Made by a program: the position numbers and the translations under genes
Source: Pecten maximus
Lineage: Eukaryota
Direction of reading: 5' to 3'
NCBI RefSeq assembly: GCF_902652985.1
Contig: NC_047028.1
Span: 11,284,001-11,348,000, forward strand
DNA: 64,000 nucleotides
The notes under the pieces: generated by a model
The model's input: only the letters and a program-made list of their open reading frames with translations
Databases searched by the model: none
What the model was told of the DNA's origin: nothing
Shown: positions 23,872 to 36,279 of the stretch, piece after piece
How the letters are laid out: each line of letters opens with the position of its first letter
Numbering within the stretch: position 1 is the stretch's first letter

Positions 23872-25339
23872 GCTGTTCGGTTTTCCGATAGATCTATATA
23901 CGTCTAGCTGGTAAAATGATTGTGACATCACAATTCGACATCAGAAGCTGTTATCAACTAATATTCGATTACCAAGCCAGTTCTGTATACATACGCTACC
24001 ACCTGTTGTCAGCCACCTGGTGCTACCTGTAATCAAAGCATACTTTACTACACATACCTTTGAAATTTACACTAGGAAATCAATAAATTGAAACGGGATT
24101 TATGAAAATGCAGACAGTTGATAAACCGTTAAACGTTCGTGTGTAGATGGTTGATACTCACCCCTTAATGTCTAGTATATCACTATTATACTGGTGATAA
24201 TATCATGAAGGAGAAGTTTCCAAAGTGGCCCAAAAGTAAACATGAAGTCGTGTCTGTGATTATGCTAGTATTCGTTAAATTCCAACCATGTGCACAAGCA
24301 AAAATGTAGCGACAATTTTTGTGAGAAAAAATAAATGAATCCTTCTTAATTTATTCTAACATGTTACAGTTTGTATAAGCAAGTATAGGAGTTTTAGTTT
24401 TGAGTACCTACCACAATATGTGAACATCTGAAAGCTAAAATATACCCTACCATTAACAAATACAAGTATCACAATCTATAGTGTACACTCCACTGCGAAA
24501 AGATGGTATTTATTAATTTTAATCAAAGAAATTCTTTAAAAATATGGTGCGCTTTTCCAACGTGCATGGTAATGATTATGAAAAAAAAGTTTTTATTGCT
24601 ATATTGTTTGCTACATAAGGTATGGTATCTGCTGTATTCAGACCTTTATTGGTTGTTTGATGTTTAATATGGCTGCATTGACATATGATATTTGATATCT
24701 AAAGTATTGGTAAGTAAGTCTGTCGGTATACTACATCTACATGTGTAGGTATTTACCTTTATGACCCGGATAGACGCCAGTATATCCTGCTCCAACGGGC
24801 ACTTCACTGTCCCCAAGAAGGTGAGTGTCGTCAAATTATGCACTATCACAATATTGGCAAATATATATATATGTACTAGATCGTCCAAGTTCAAGTAAAT
24901 TTTATATAACGTTGATATATCTAAAACATGATAACACAAACTTGTTTGACGAGCTTTTAAAATCGACATAATAAATAAAACATACATAAAACAGGGTTAC
25001 ATTAGCATAATAAGATATATTCATGATGTAGCATTTAAACAGAAACGAAGTTTTAGAATATATATTGATTTAATTATATCACGTATTTAAATTTAAATGT
25101 TTATAGTACATTTACCATGGCCATACTGAAGTATTTTGAATATGAAAGAGGCATAAAAATCAAATGTATTCAATTATATCACCTACTACATCGATATAGA
25201 TTTAACATATACAGTTTATATAACATTTGTCTGTAAAGGAAGTAAAGTCATGATATAGCTTGAGGATATACCGCCTACTAAAATAGATATTAATTAAAAT
25301 GTCTGTGCTATATCATTCGAATATAAAGCATCTGTAAAT

Positions 25340-25904
25340 ACATACACTTAACACATACACATACACTTAAAACGTGCATATACACTTAACACATACACAT
25401 ATACTTAACACATACACTTAACACATACACATACACTTAACACATACACATACACTTAACACATACACATACACTTAACACATACACATATACTTAACAC
25501 ATACACTTAACACATACACATACACTTAACACATACACATACACTTACATATACATACACTTAACACATATACTACACTTAATACACTTAACACATACAC
25601 TTAACACATACACTTAACACATGCACATACACTTAACACACACACTTAACACATACACTTAACACACACACTTAACACATAAACTTAACACATGCACATA
25701 CACTTAACACACACATTTAACACATACACTTAACACACACACTTAACACATAAACTTAACACATACACACTCACTTAACACATACACTTAACACACACAC
25801 TTAACACATACACTTAACACACACACTTAACACATAAACTTAACACATACACACACACTTAACACATACACTTAACACATACACATACACTATACACATA
25901 CACA
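25340..25904. repeat. AC-rich degenerate micro/minisatellite (acacttaacacat)
   Basis: Direct reading. Confidence 0.9.
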
Positions 25905-27145
25905 CCTTCCCTTATACAGGATCTTGGTGAGAAGAGCGAGCTAGTAAGACCAATGATAGTTGTAAACCATAAAGTGAACAAACACATTCATTAGATGGAA
26001 AATGGTCGTTTTATTGATAGAAAAAAACCCGACAATTTGTGATATGGTCATCATTTCCATTTGACATCATAGCAAACATAAACATATAGAACATTTGGTC
26101 TTAGGTGGGAACCAGAAATATGCCATTACATATTTTTTACTATATCTGTTAATTAACTTAATAACACATAATTACTACATATAAAACCAATACAATGAGG
26201 ACTTTAGTCTCTTCCAGAGACAGAATAGAATATAATCATTTAGAGGTGTATGTATGTAATCATCTTAATACAGGTTGTAGCAAGGGGATGGAGGTGGGCG
26301 ACTTGAGATTTAAGAATATTTTCCAGTCAAATAATCCTTTTGTTTTTGTTTGATAAAATTTTCTCGATGTATCATTCCGCGAAACCTCATCACCTCCAGT
26401 TCCCAGCTGACCCTTCCGCGCAATGTTTGTAAACAAGCTCATACCCATTAAAACAAAGTCCATAACTATTTACAACAGAAACATATAACTTTGCACTGAC
26501 CTGCATAAAATTAATTAAAATGATATTCTAATTTTCATTTAAACTCGTAACATCCACAGCATTTCATGCATCTGGCGGAAGATCATAGTTTCACTGCAAG
26601 GTATGAGAGCTTACTGCTGGTACTTTGACTTGTTACCATCTCTAAAAGAATGATGTTCATTGTTATTAATTTGCACCAGATTTTGGAGATAAAGAGAACA
26701 GATTCCATGGATAATTTTGAAAGTTTCATTGGTATTTTTCAAAGCCTTTTTACATGTAGTACATTTGTCTGTGATTTTATTAATAAAACCTCATAATTTG
26801 AGTCTTAATCCGATTCCAGGGCCATATAGTTTATTTACCGATATCGGTGGTAAGTTTTGAATTTTATATTCAGGTTTATATTTCGTATATTCGAATTATA
26901 ATTGATCTACCACCGCCACAGTTGTATTACTGTAGAGATAAGGGTGTCTGGAGTATTACTGAAACAATTAATTCCCAATGCCATATACTTTTATTTACAA
27001 TTGATGATGTTAAGAAGGGCCCTGATTACATTGAATAAAGTATACTTTAATCACAATGATGACACTGCCATGGCTTGAAATTCACACTATAGGCTGTTAC
27101 AAATACTGGACTTGGATTAGCGCCGATGGCCAGATAGCTGAAATG

Positions 27146-28744
27146 GTTGGTGTGTCCGTGTAGAGTGTCCCCGGTTAGTGTGTCCGTCTATAGAGGGGCC
27201 GCGGTAGCCGAGTGGTTAAGGTGTCCCGACACTTTATCACTAGCCCTCCACCTCTGGGTTGCGAGTTCGAAACCTACGTGGGGCAGTTGCCAGGTACTGA
27301 CCGTAGGCCGGTGGTTTTTCTCCGGGTACTCCGGCTTTCCTCCACAGCCAAACCTGGCACGTCCTTAAATGACCCTGGCTGTTAATAGGACGTTAAACAA
27401 AAAACAAACCAAATCCGTCTAGAGTGTCCCCGGTTAGTGTGCCCGTCTAGAGTGTCCCCGGTTGGTGTGTCCGTCTAGAGTGTCCCCGGTTAGTGTGTCC
27501 GACTAGAGTGTCCCCGGTTAGTGTGTCCGTCTACATTGTCCCCGGTTGGTGTGTCCGTCTAGAGTGTCCCCGGTTAGTGTGTCCGACTAGAGTGTCCCCG
27601 GTTAGTGTGTCCGTCTACATTGTCCCCGGTAAGTGTGTCAGTCTAGAGTGTCCCCGGTTGGTGTGTCCGTCTAGGGTGTCCCCGGTTGGTGTGTCGGTCT
27701 AGAGTGTCCCCGGTTGGTGTGTCCGTCTAGAGTGTCTCCGGTTGGTGTGTACGTCTAGAGTGTCCCCGGTTGGTGTGTCCGTCAAGAGTGTCCCGGTTGG
27801 TGTGTCCGACTAGAGTGTCCCCGGTTTGTGTGTCCGTCTAGAGTGTCTCCGGTTGGTGTGTCCGACTAGAGTGTCCCCGGTTGGTGTGTCCGACTAGAGT
27901 GCCCCCGGTTGGTGTGTCCGTCTAGAGTGACCCAGGTTAGTGTGTCCATCTACAGTGTCCCCGGTTTGTGTGTCCATCTACAGTGTCCCCGGTTTGTGTG
28001 TCCGGCTAGAGTGTCCCCGGTTGGTGTGTCCGTCTAGAGTGTCCCCGGTTGGTGTGTCCGTCTAGAGTGTCCCCGGTTGGTGTGTCCGTCTAGAGTGTCC
28101 CCGGCTAGTGTGTCCGTCTAGAGTGTCCGCGGTTGGTATGTCCGTCTAGAGTGTCCCCGGTTGGTGTGTCCGTCTAGAGTGTCCCCGGTTGGTGTGTCCG
28201 TCTAGAGTGTCCCCGGTTAGTGTGTCCGACTAGAGTGTCCCCGGTTGGTGTGTCCGTCTAGAGTGTCCCCGGTTGGTGTGTCCGTCTAGATTGTCCCCGG
28301 TTGGTGTGTCCGACTAGAGTGTCCCAGGTTAGTGTGTCCATCTACAGTGTCCCCGGTTTGTGTGTCCGACTAGAGTGTCCCCGGTTTGTGTGTCCGTCTA
28401 GAGTGTCTCCGGTTGGTGTGTCCGACTAGAGTGTCCCAGGTTAGTGTGTCCATCTACAGTGTCCCCGGTTTGTGTGTCCATCTACAGTGTCCCGGATTGT
28501 GTGTCCGACTAGAGTGTCCCAGGTTAGTGTGTCCGACTAGAGTGTCCCCGGTTTGTGTGTCCGTCTAGAGTGTCCCCGGTTGGTGTGTCCGTCCAGAGTG
28601 TCCCCGGTTGGTGTGTCCGTCTAGAGTGTCCCCGGTTGGTGTGTCCGACTAGAGTGTCCCCGGTTGGTGTGTCCGTCTAGAGAGTCTCCGGTTAGTGTGT
28701 CCGTCTAGAGTGTCCCCGGTTAGTGTGTCCGTCTAGAGTGTCCC
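27146..28744. repeat. 28-bp GC-rich minisatellite (~49 copies), interrupted by a SINE
   Basis: Unit gttggtgtgtccgtctagagtgtccccg. Confidence 0.95.
27193..27413 (+). mobile_element. Full-length tRNA-derived V-SINE
   Basis: A box tagccgagtgg, B box gagttcgaaacc, V-domain ggtttttctccgggtactccggctttcctcc, tail gttaataggacgttaaacaaaaaacaaaccaaa; flanking tccgtcta duplication. Confidence 0.9.
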
Positions 28745-29016
28745 ATATGTGTACGGATGTCAAGGCAGACCAGCCGACGTACAGACCGACGTTTTATATT
28801 CCAAATCGACAGCGATGATATTTTACTAGATCGCCGGAAGTATAGTTTATCAAGGAACAGGTCTGGAGATGAGAAGACATCGTTTAAACCATCCACCATA
28901 CCTAATATCTAAGAGCGCAAAGGGGAATCAAATGGGCTCTATTTTAAACAAAGGTTCACCCGTTTTCCAGAAGCAGCGGGGTTGTCATGCTTGGAGATGA
29001 ACGATGTCTTGTGAGC

Positions 29017-32000
29017 CTGACGGGTAAGGCCGGGGGTTACTAAAGTACCCTCCTGAAAATGGACGGCCGCAAACTGACGGGTAAGGCCGGGGGTTACTAA
29101 AGTACCCTCCTGATAATGGACGGCCACAAACTGACGGGTAAGGCCGGGGGTTACTAAAGTACCCTCCTGATAATGGACGGCCGCAAACTGACGGGTAAGG
29201 CCGCGGGTTACTAAAGTACCCTCCTGATAATGGACGGCCGCAAACTGACGGGTAAGGCCGGGGTTACTAAAGTACCCTCCAGAAAATGGACGGCCGCAAA
29301 CTGACGGGTAAGGCCGGGGGTTACTAAAGTACCCTCCTGAAAATGGACGGCCGCAAACTGACGGGTAAGGCCGCGGGTTACTAAAGTACCCTCCTGATAA
29401 TGGACGGCCACAAACTGACGGGTAAGGCCGGGGGTTACTAAAGTACCCTCCTGAAAATGGACGGCCGCAAACTGACGGGTAAGGCCGGGGGTTACTAAAG
29501 TACCCTCCAGAAAATGGACGGCCGCAAACTGACGGGTAAGGCCGGGGGTTACTAAGGTACCCTCCTGATAATGGACGGCCGCAAACTGACGGGTAAGGCC
29601 GGGGTTACTAAAGTACCCTCCTGATAATGGACGGCCGCAAACTGACGGGTAAGGCCAGGATTACTAAAGTACCCTCCTGATAATGGACGGCCGCAAACTG
29701 ACGGGTAAGGCCGCGGGTTACTAAAGTACCCTCCTGATAATGGACGGCCGCAAACTGACGGGTAAGGCCGCGGGTTACTAATGTACCCTCCTGATAATGG
29801 ACGGCCGCAAACTGACGGGTAAGGCCGGGTGTTACTAAAGTACCCTCCTGATAATGGACGGCCACAAACTGACGGGTAAGGCCGCGGGTTACTAACGTAC
29901 CCTCCTGATAATGGACGGCCGCAAACTGACGGGTAAGGCCGGGGGTTACTAAAGTACCCTCCTGATAATGGACGGCCGCAAACTGACGGGTAAGGCCGGG
30001 GGTTACTAAGGTACCCTCATGATAATGGACGGCCGCAAACTGAAGGGTAAGGCCGGGGGTTACTAAAGTACCCTCCTGAAAATGGACGGCCGCAAACTGA
30101 CGGGTAAGGCCGGGGGTTACTAAAGTACCCTCCTGATAATGGACGGCCGCAAACTGACAGGTAAGGCCGGGGGTTACTAAAGTACCCTCCTGAAAATGGA
30201 CGGCCGCAAACTGACGGGTAAGGCCGGGGGTTACTAAAGTACCCTCCTGATAATGGACGGCCGCAAACTGACGGGTAAGGCCGGGGGTTACTAAAGTACC
30301 CTCCTGAAAATGGACGGCCGCAAACTGACGGGTAAGGCCGGGGGTTACTAAGGTACCCTCCTGATAATGGACGGCCGCAAACTGACGGGTAAGGCCGGGG
30401 GTTACTAAAGTACCCTCCTGATAATGGACGGTCGCAAACTGACGGGTAAGGCCGGGGGTTACTAAAGTACCCTCCTGATAATGGACGGCCGCAAACTGAC
30501 GGGTAAGGCCGGGGGTTACTAAAGTACCCTCCTGAAAATGGACGGCCGCAAACTGACGGGTAAGGCCGGGGGTTACTAAAGTACCCTCCTGATAATGGAC
30601 GGCCGCAAACTGACGGGTAAGGCCGGGGGCTACTAAAGTACCCTCCTGAAAATGGACGGCCGCAAACTGACGGGTAAGGCCGGGGGTTACTAAAGTACCC
30701 TCCTGATAATGGACGGCCGCAAACTGACGGGTAAGGCCGGGGTTACTAAAGTACCCTCCTGATAATGGACGGCCGCAAACTGACGGGTAAGGCCGGGGGT
30801 TACTAAAGTACCCTCCTGATAATGGACGGCCGCAAACTGACGGGTAAGGCCGGGGGTTACTAAAGTACCCTCCTGAAAATGGACGGCCGCAAACTGACGG
30901 GTAAGGCCGGGGGTTACTAAAGTACCCTCCTGATAATGGACGGCCACAAACTGACGGGTAAGGCCGGGGTTACTAAAGTACCCTCCTGAAAATGGACGGC
31001 CGCAAACTGACGGGTAAGGCCGGGGGTTACTAAAGTACCCTCCTGATAATGGACGGCCACAAACTGACGGGTAAGGCCGGGGTTACTAAAGTACCCTCCT
31101 GAAAATGGACGGCCGCAAACTGACGGGTAAGGCCGGGGGTTACTAAAGTACCCTCCTGATAATGGACGGCCGCAAACTGACGGGTAAGGCCGGGGTTACT
31201 AAGGTACCCTCCTGATAATGGACGGCCACAAACTGACGGGTAAGGCCGGGGTTACTAAAATACCCTCCTGATAATGGACGGCCGCAAACTGACGGGTAAG
31301 GCGGCGGGTTACTAAAGTACCCTCCTGAAAATGGACGGTCGCAAACTGACGGGTAAGGCCGGGGGTTACTAAAGTACCCTCCTGATAATGGACGGCCGCA
31401 AACTGACGGGTAAGGCCGGGGGTTACTAAAGTACCCTCCTAATAATGGACGGCCACAAACTGACGGGTAAGGCCGGGGGTTACTAAAGTACCCTCCTGAT
31501 AATGGACGGCCACAAACTGACGGGTAAGGCCGGGGGTTACTAAAGTACCCTCCTGATAATGGACGGCCGCAAACTGACGGGTAAGGCCGGGGGTTACTAA
31601 AATACCCTCCTGATAATGGACGGCCGCAAACTGACGGGTAAGGCCGGGGGTTACTAAAGTACCCTCCTGATAATGGACGGCTGCAAACTGACGGGTAAGG
31701 CCGGGGGTTACTAAAGTACCCTCCTGATAATGGACGGCCGCAAACTGACGGGTAAGGCCGGGGGTTACTAAAGTACCCTCCTGATAATGGACGGCCGCAA
31801 ACTGACGGGTAAGGCCGGGGGTTACTAAAGTACCCTCCTGATAATGGACGGCCGCAAACTGACGGGTTAGGCCGGGGGTTACTAAAGTACCCTCCAGAAA
31901 ATGGACGGCCGCAAACTGACGGGTAAGGCCGGGGGTTACTAAAGTACCCTCCAGAAAATGGACGGCCACAAACTGACGGGTAAGGCCGGGGGTTACTAAA

Positions 32001-33800
32001 GTACCCTCCTGATAATGGACGGCCACAAACTGACGGGTAAGGCCGGGGGTTACTAAAGTACCCTCCTGAAAATGGACGGCCGCAAACTGACGGGTAAGGC
32101 CGGGGGTTACTAAGGTACCCTCCTGATAATGGACGGCCACAAACTGACGGGTAAGGCCGGGGTTACTAAAGTACCCTCCTGATAATGGACGGCCGTAAAC
32201 TGACGGGTAAGGCCGGGGGTTACTAAAGTACCCTCCTGATAATGGACGGCCGCAAACTGACGGGTAAGGCCGGGGGTTACTAAAGCACCCTCCTGATAAT
32301 GGACGGCCGCAAACTGACGGGTTAGGCCGGGGGTTACTAAAATACCCTCCTGATAATGGACGGCCGCAAACTGACGGGTAAGGCCGGGGGTTACTGAAGT
32401 ACCCTCCTGATAATGGACGGCCGCAAACTGACGGGTAAGGCCGGGGGTTACTAAAGTACCCTCCTGATAATGGACGGCCGCAAACTGACGGGTTAGGCCG
32501 GGGGTTACTAAAGTACCCTCCTGATAATGGACGGCCGCAAACTAACGGGTAAGGCCGGGGGTTACTAAAGTACCCTCCTGATAATGGACGGCCACAAACT
32601 GACGGGTAAGGCCGGGGGTTACTAAAGTACCCTCCTGATAATGGACGGCCGCAAACTAACGGGTAAGGCCGGGGTTTACTAAAGTACCCTCCTGATAATG
32701 GACGGCCGCAAACTGACGGGTAAGGCCGGGGGTTACTAAAGTACCCTCCTGATAATGGACGGCCGCAAACTGACGGGTTAGGCCGGGGGTTACTAAAGTA
32801 CCCTCCTGATAATGGACGGCCGCAAACTGACGGGTTAGGCCGGGGGTTACTAAAGTACCCTCCTGATAATGGACGGCTGCAAACTGACGGGTAAGGCCGG
32901 GGGTTACTAAAGTACCCTCCTGATAATGGACGGCCGCAAACTGACGGGTAAGGCCGGGGGTTACTAAAGTACCCTCCTGATAATGGACGGCCGCAAACTG
33001 ACGGGTTAGGCCGGGGGTTACTAAAGTACCCTCCAGAAAATGGACGGCCGCAAACTGACGGGTTAGGCCGGGGGTTACTAAAGTACCCTCCTGATAATGG
33101 ACGGCCGCAAACTGACGGGTTAGGCCGGGGGTTACTAAAGTACCCTCCTGATAATGGACGGCTGCAAACTGACGGGTAAGGCCGGGGGTTACTAAAGTAC
33201 CCTCCAGAAAATGGACGGCCGCAAACTGACGGGTAAGGCCGGGGGTTACTAAAGTACCCTCCTGATAATGGACGGCCGCAAACTGACGGGTAAGGCCGGG
33301 GGTTACTAAAGTACCCTCCTGATAATGGACGGCCACAAACTGACGGGTAAGGCCGGGGGTTACTAAAGTACCCTCCTGAAAATGGACGGCCGCAAACTGA
33401 CGGGTAAGGCCGGGGGTTACTGAAGTACCCTCCTGAAAATGGACGGCCGCAAACTAACGGGTTAGGCCGGGGGTTACTAAAGTACCCTCCTGATAATGGA
33501 CGGCCGCAAACTGACGGGTAAGGCCGGGGGTTACTAAAGTACCCTCCTGATAATGGACGGCTGCAAACTGACGGGTAAGGCCGGGGGTTACTAAAGTACC
33601 CTCCTGATAATGGACGGCCGCAAACTGACGGGTAAGGCCGGGGGTTACTAAAGTACCCTCCTGATAATGGACGGCCGCAAACTGACGGGTAAGGCCGGGG
33701 GTTACTAAAGTACCCTCCTGATAATGGACGGCCACAAACTGACGGGTAAGGCCGGGGTTACTAAGGTACCCTCCTGATAATGGACGGCCGCAAACTGACG
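29017..33800. repeat. 57-bp GC-rich satellite, ~84 copies
   Basis: Unit ctgacgggtaaggccgggggttactaaagtaccctcctgataatggacggccgcaaa; array starts and ends with ctgacg. Confidence 0.97.
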
Positions 33801-34544
33801 ATACAATTTTACCACAACACTTAGATGAAAGCTATGCCTTCAAAATGACGTAACTGTTTACAGGACACAAAACACTATCTTGGCACGAAACACCTGGATT
33901 AAATACTTTAAGGATGATTCATCCATGATAACTTAGGAAGTTAAACAAACTTAACTTGAAAGATAGCAGAAAGAGTGTGTGGTTTAATAGTCCACTCAAT
34001 GCTCACACAGTAGGGGGTTCTACTTAGTCCACTATCATCTAGCTCAAGGTTGAGAGTAGCTCTCTTCAAACCCATGACAATACTTTGTTTTTTTCGGTGG
34101 TGTTGAAGTAACAAATAAAGCTAGTTATAACTTTCAACTATGATTTTTAGAAGACCAATTGGAGAAGGCATTTTAAATAACCTTCTTAAAAACAGTTTTT
34201 AGTTCCGCTATATTGCGAAACAATTATCTGTAATCGTTTTATCTTTTACATGCATTTTTAGTTCGTTTTTTATAACGTAATCAGGCAAACGGATCATTGA
34301 TAGTGAACTGTATCGCTGAAAGCACGAACTTTGCTAATACAAAGCTGGAACAAGTACCAGTCTGACAAAGGAAACAATATGTTGGCCGATTATTGTAATT
34401 ATTACATTTTTATCGGCCAATCAACACCGTAAATGTTATAATAATTTAAAATATATGTATATTGGTACACTCATGTATATAGTTTTATATGAATAATGTG
34501 GCTATGGTTACTCATATCTTGTGGTGCAAACCAATAGCTTTCAG

Positions 34545-34689
34545 TTTTTGTTTTGTTTTGTTTTTGTTTAACGTCCTATTAACAGCCAGGGTCATTTAAA
34601 GACGTGCCAGGTTTTGGAGGTGGAGGAAAGCCGGAGTACCCGGAGAAAAACCACCGGCCTACGGTCAGTACCTGGCAACTGCCCCACGT
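34545..34689 (-). mobile_element. 5'-truncated V-SINE (same family as 27193)
   Basis: Near-identical reverse complement of the 3' two-thirds of 27193-27413; TSD tttcag (34539-34544, 34689-34694). Confidence 0.9.
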
Positions 34690-36279
34690 TTCAGATAATT
34701 CAAAATGTTGTAAATGTTGAGAGTTACGAAAAGATGTTAGACATCTTAGGCCGTTATAAATTTGTGTTGGCTGTCAATGCAGTCAAATGAAAAGTGTTTA
34801 ACGGTAAATGGCACGTCCCTTTTTGGATATTAACATAGTTGGAAACCCCTCCTTTGTATAACGAATATTTTAAAATTCATCAAACGGAAAACTTTGGTTA
34901 AAAAAATTAAAAATCCCGAATTCTTTGGTTTAAAATTATTGAAATTCATTCGATTTGGATTTAAAAACTGGAAACGGGGAAGTTTTTGACGGAAGGTCTT
35001 TTGGGCAAAACAACAAAAATTAATGTAGTTTGATTTCCACTGAAGAATGCCCGAGGAAAAGAAAGAAGGGAAATATTGGGTGTTGGGGGGAAAAAAAAAT
35101 TTTCTCTTTAGTAGGGGGGGGAATGAGAAAATGGAAAAGTACTGATGATTGGGGGGGAAATGAAGGAAAAACCCTTATATAGAAATGGGGATAGATGAAA
35201 AAGGAGGTGATAAATATAGGGGTATGAAGGGGGATATAAATAGAAAAGTAAAAACCGGGGTTAGGGAAATGAGGGGAGGGATTGATAAAAAGGAACCGTC
35301 TGATAAATACTGTATGGAGTGATGGAGGGGGATATAGAAAAAGGATACCCTGTAAATACTGTAGGAGTGATGGGGGGGGATATGAAAATAAGGATACCGC
35401 TGATAATACTTATGATCATGATAACGGGGAATGTAGAAGAAGTTAATAGTCATAAACTGTATGATTAGTGGAATAGATAGAAGTAGCCTCTAGAAATACG
35501 TAGGATGTGGTTTAATTAGTCTACCTCTAAAATACTGATGATATCGAGGGGACTAAGATAGGGATACCGTCGTATACTGTATCACTATCGATCTAGATCG
35601 AAGTGAGGTAGCCTCTCAAACTGAAATACTGTTGGATTTTTCGAGGGGTGCATTGAAGTACAAATAAGGTAGCTTATACTTATATATGAAATAATGAGTT
35701 AGTCTGATAATACTGTAGGATATGGAGGGATTTTAATAGAAGCCTCTATAAAACCGTTTTTAGTCGTATAGGGATTATAACAAGTACGTCTGTAATCGTT
35801 GTTTGGGTATGTAAATGAACTCTATAGTTCGTTGTTTTGTGTATAAGAATAGCAAAAGGATCCTTGATAAGTGAAATGTATGGAAAGACGAGGGATTTGA
35901 TAGAATAAGGATAGCCGTCTGATATACTGTATGGAGAATGTGTAGGGGATTATTGATAGATTATAATTTTTACGGAATAAACCTCGTAAACTGTTGGATA
36001 ATAGATTTAAAATAATACTGTATATTGATAGATCGGAGGGGATATGATTAGAAAATGTGATAGGTCCAATCTGAGGTACAATACTGTAGATATGAAAATG
36101 GGAAGGTGGATGAGTAGAAAGATGGATTAGCCGTCTGATAAATTTGTATGGTGTGCGAGGCGTAAATGAAAAGTGAAGGAAGCCGTCTTGATAATACTGT
36201 TGGAATATCCTGGGGGATATGAAGAAATTTAAAATCATAGACGGGAAGATAACTGATATAGGCGTCTTAATTGATGCGA

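Larger units (their letters stand above)
24749..34119 (+). other. Candidate unannotated spliced transcript with small exons (24749-24820, 25920-25943, 26560-26600, 26820-26849, 27093-27145, 28830-29023, 33825-~34130)
   Basis: Series of YAG/GT-bounded islands with donors GTGAGT, GTAAGA, GTATGA, GTAAGT, GTTGGT, GTAAGG; one joined frame open ~120 codons; AATAAA at 34114; no recognisable homology. Confidence 0.35.

Noticed and set aside
27193-27285. tRNA gene
   Set aside because: A and B boxes run into a V-domain and tail, so this is a SINE head.
28939-33735. ORFs of (AVHYQEGTLVTPGLTRQFA)n
   Set aside because: They follow from a 57-bp unit, start at non-ATG codons and are broken by frequent 1-bp indels; the plus-strand intron reading explains the flanks better.
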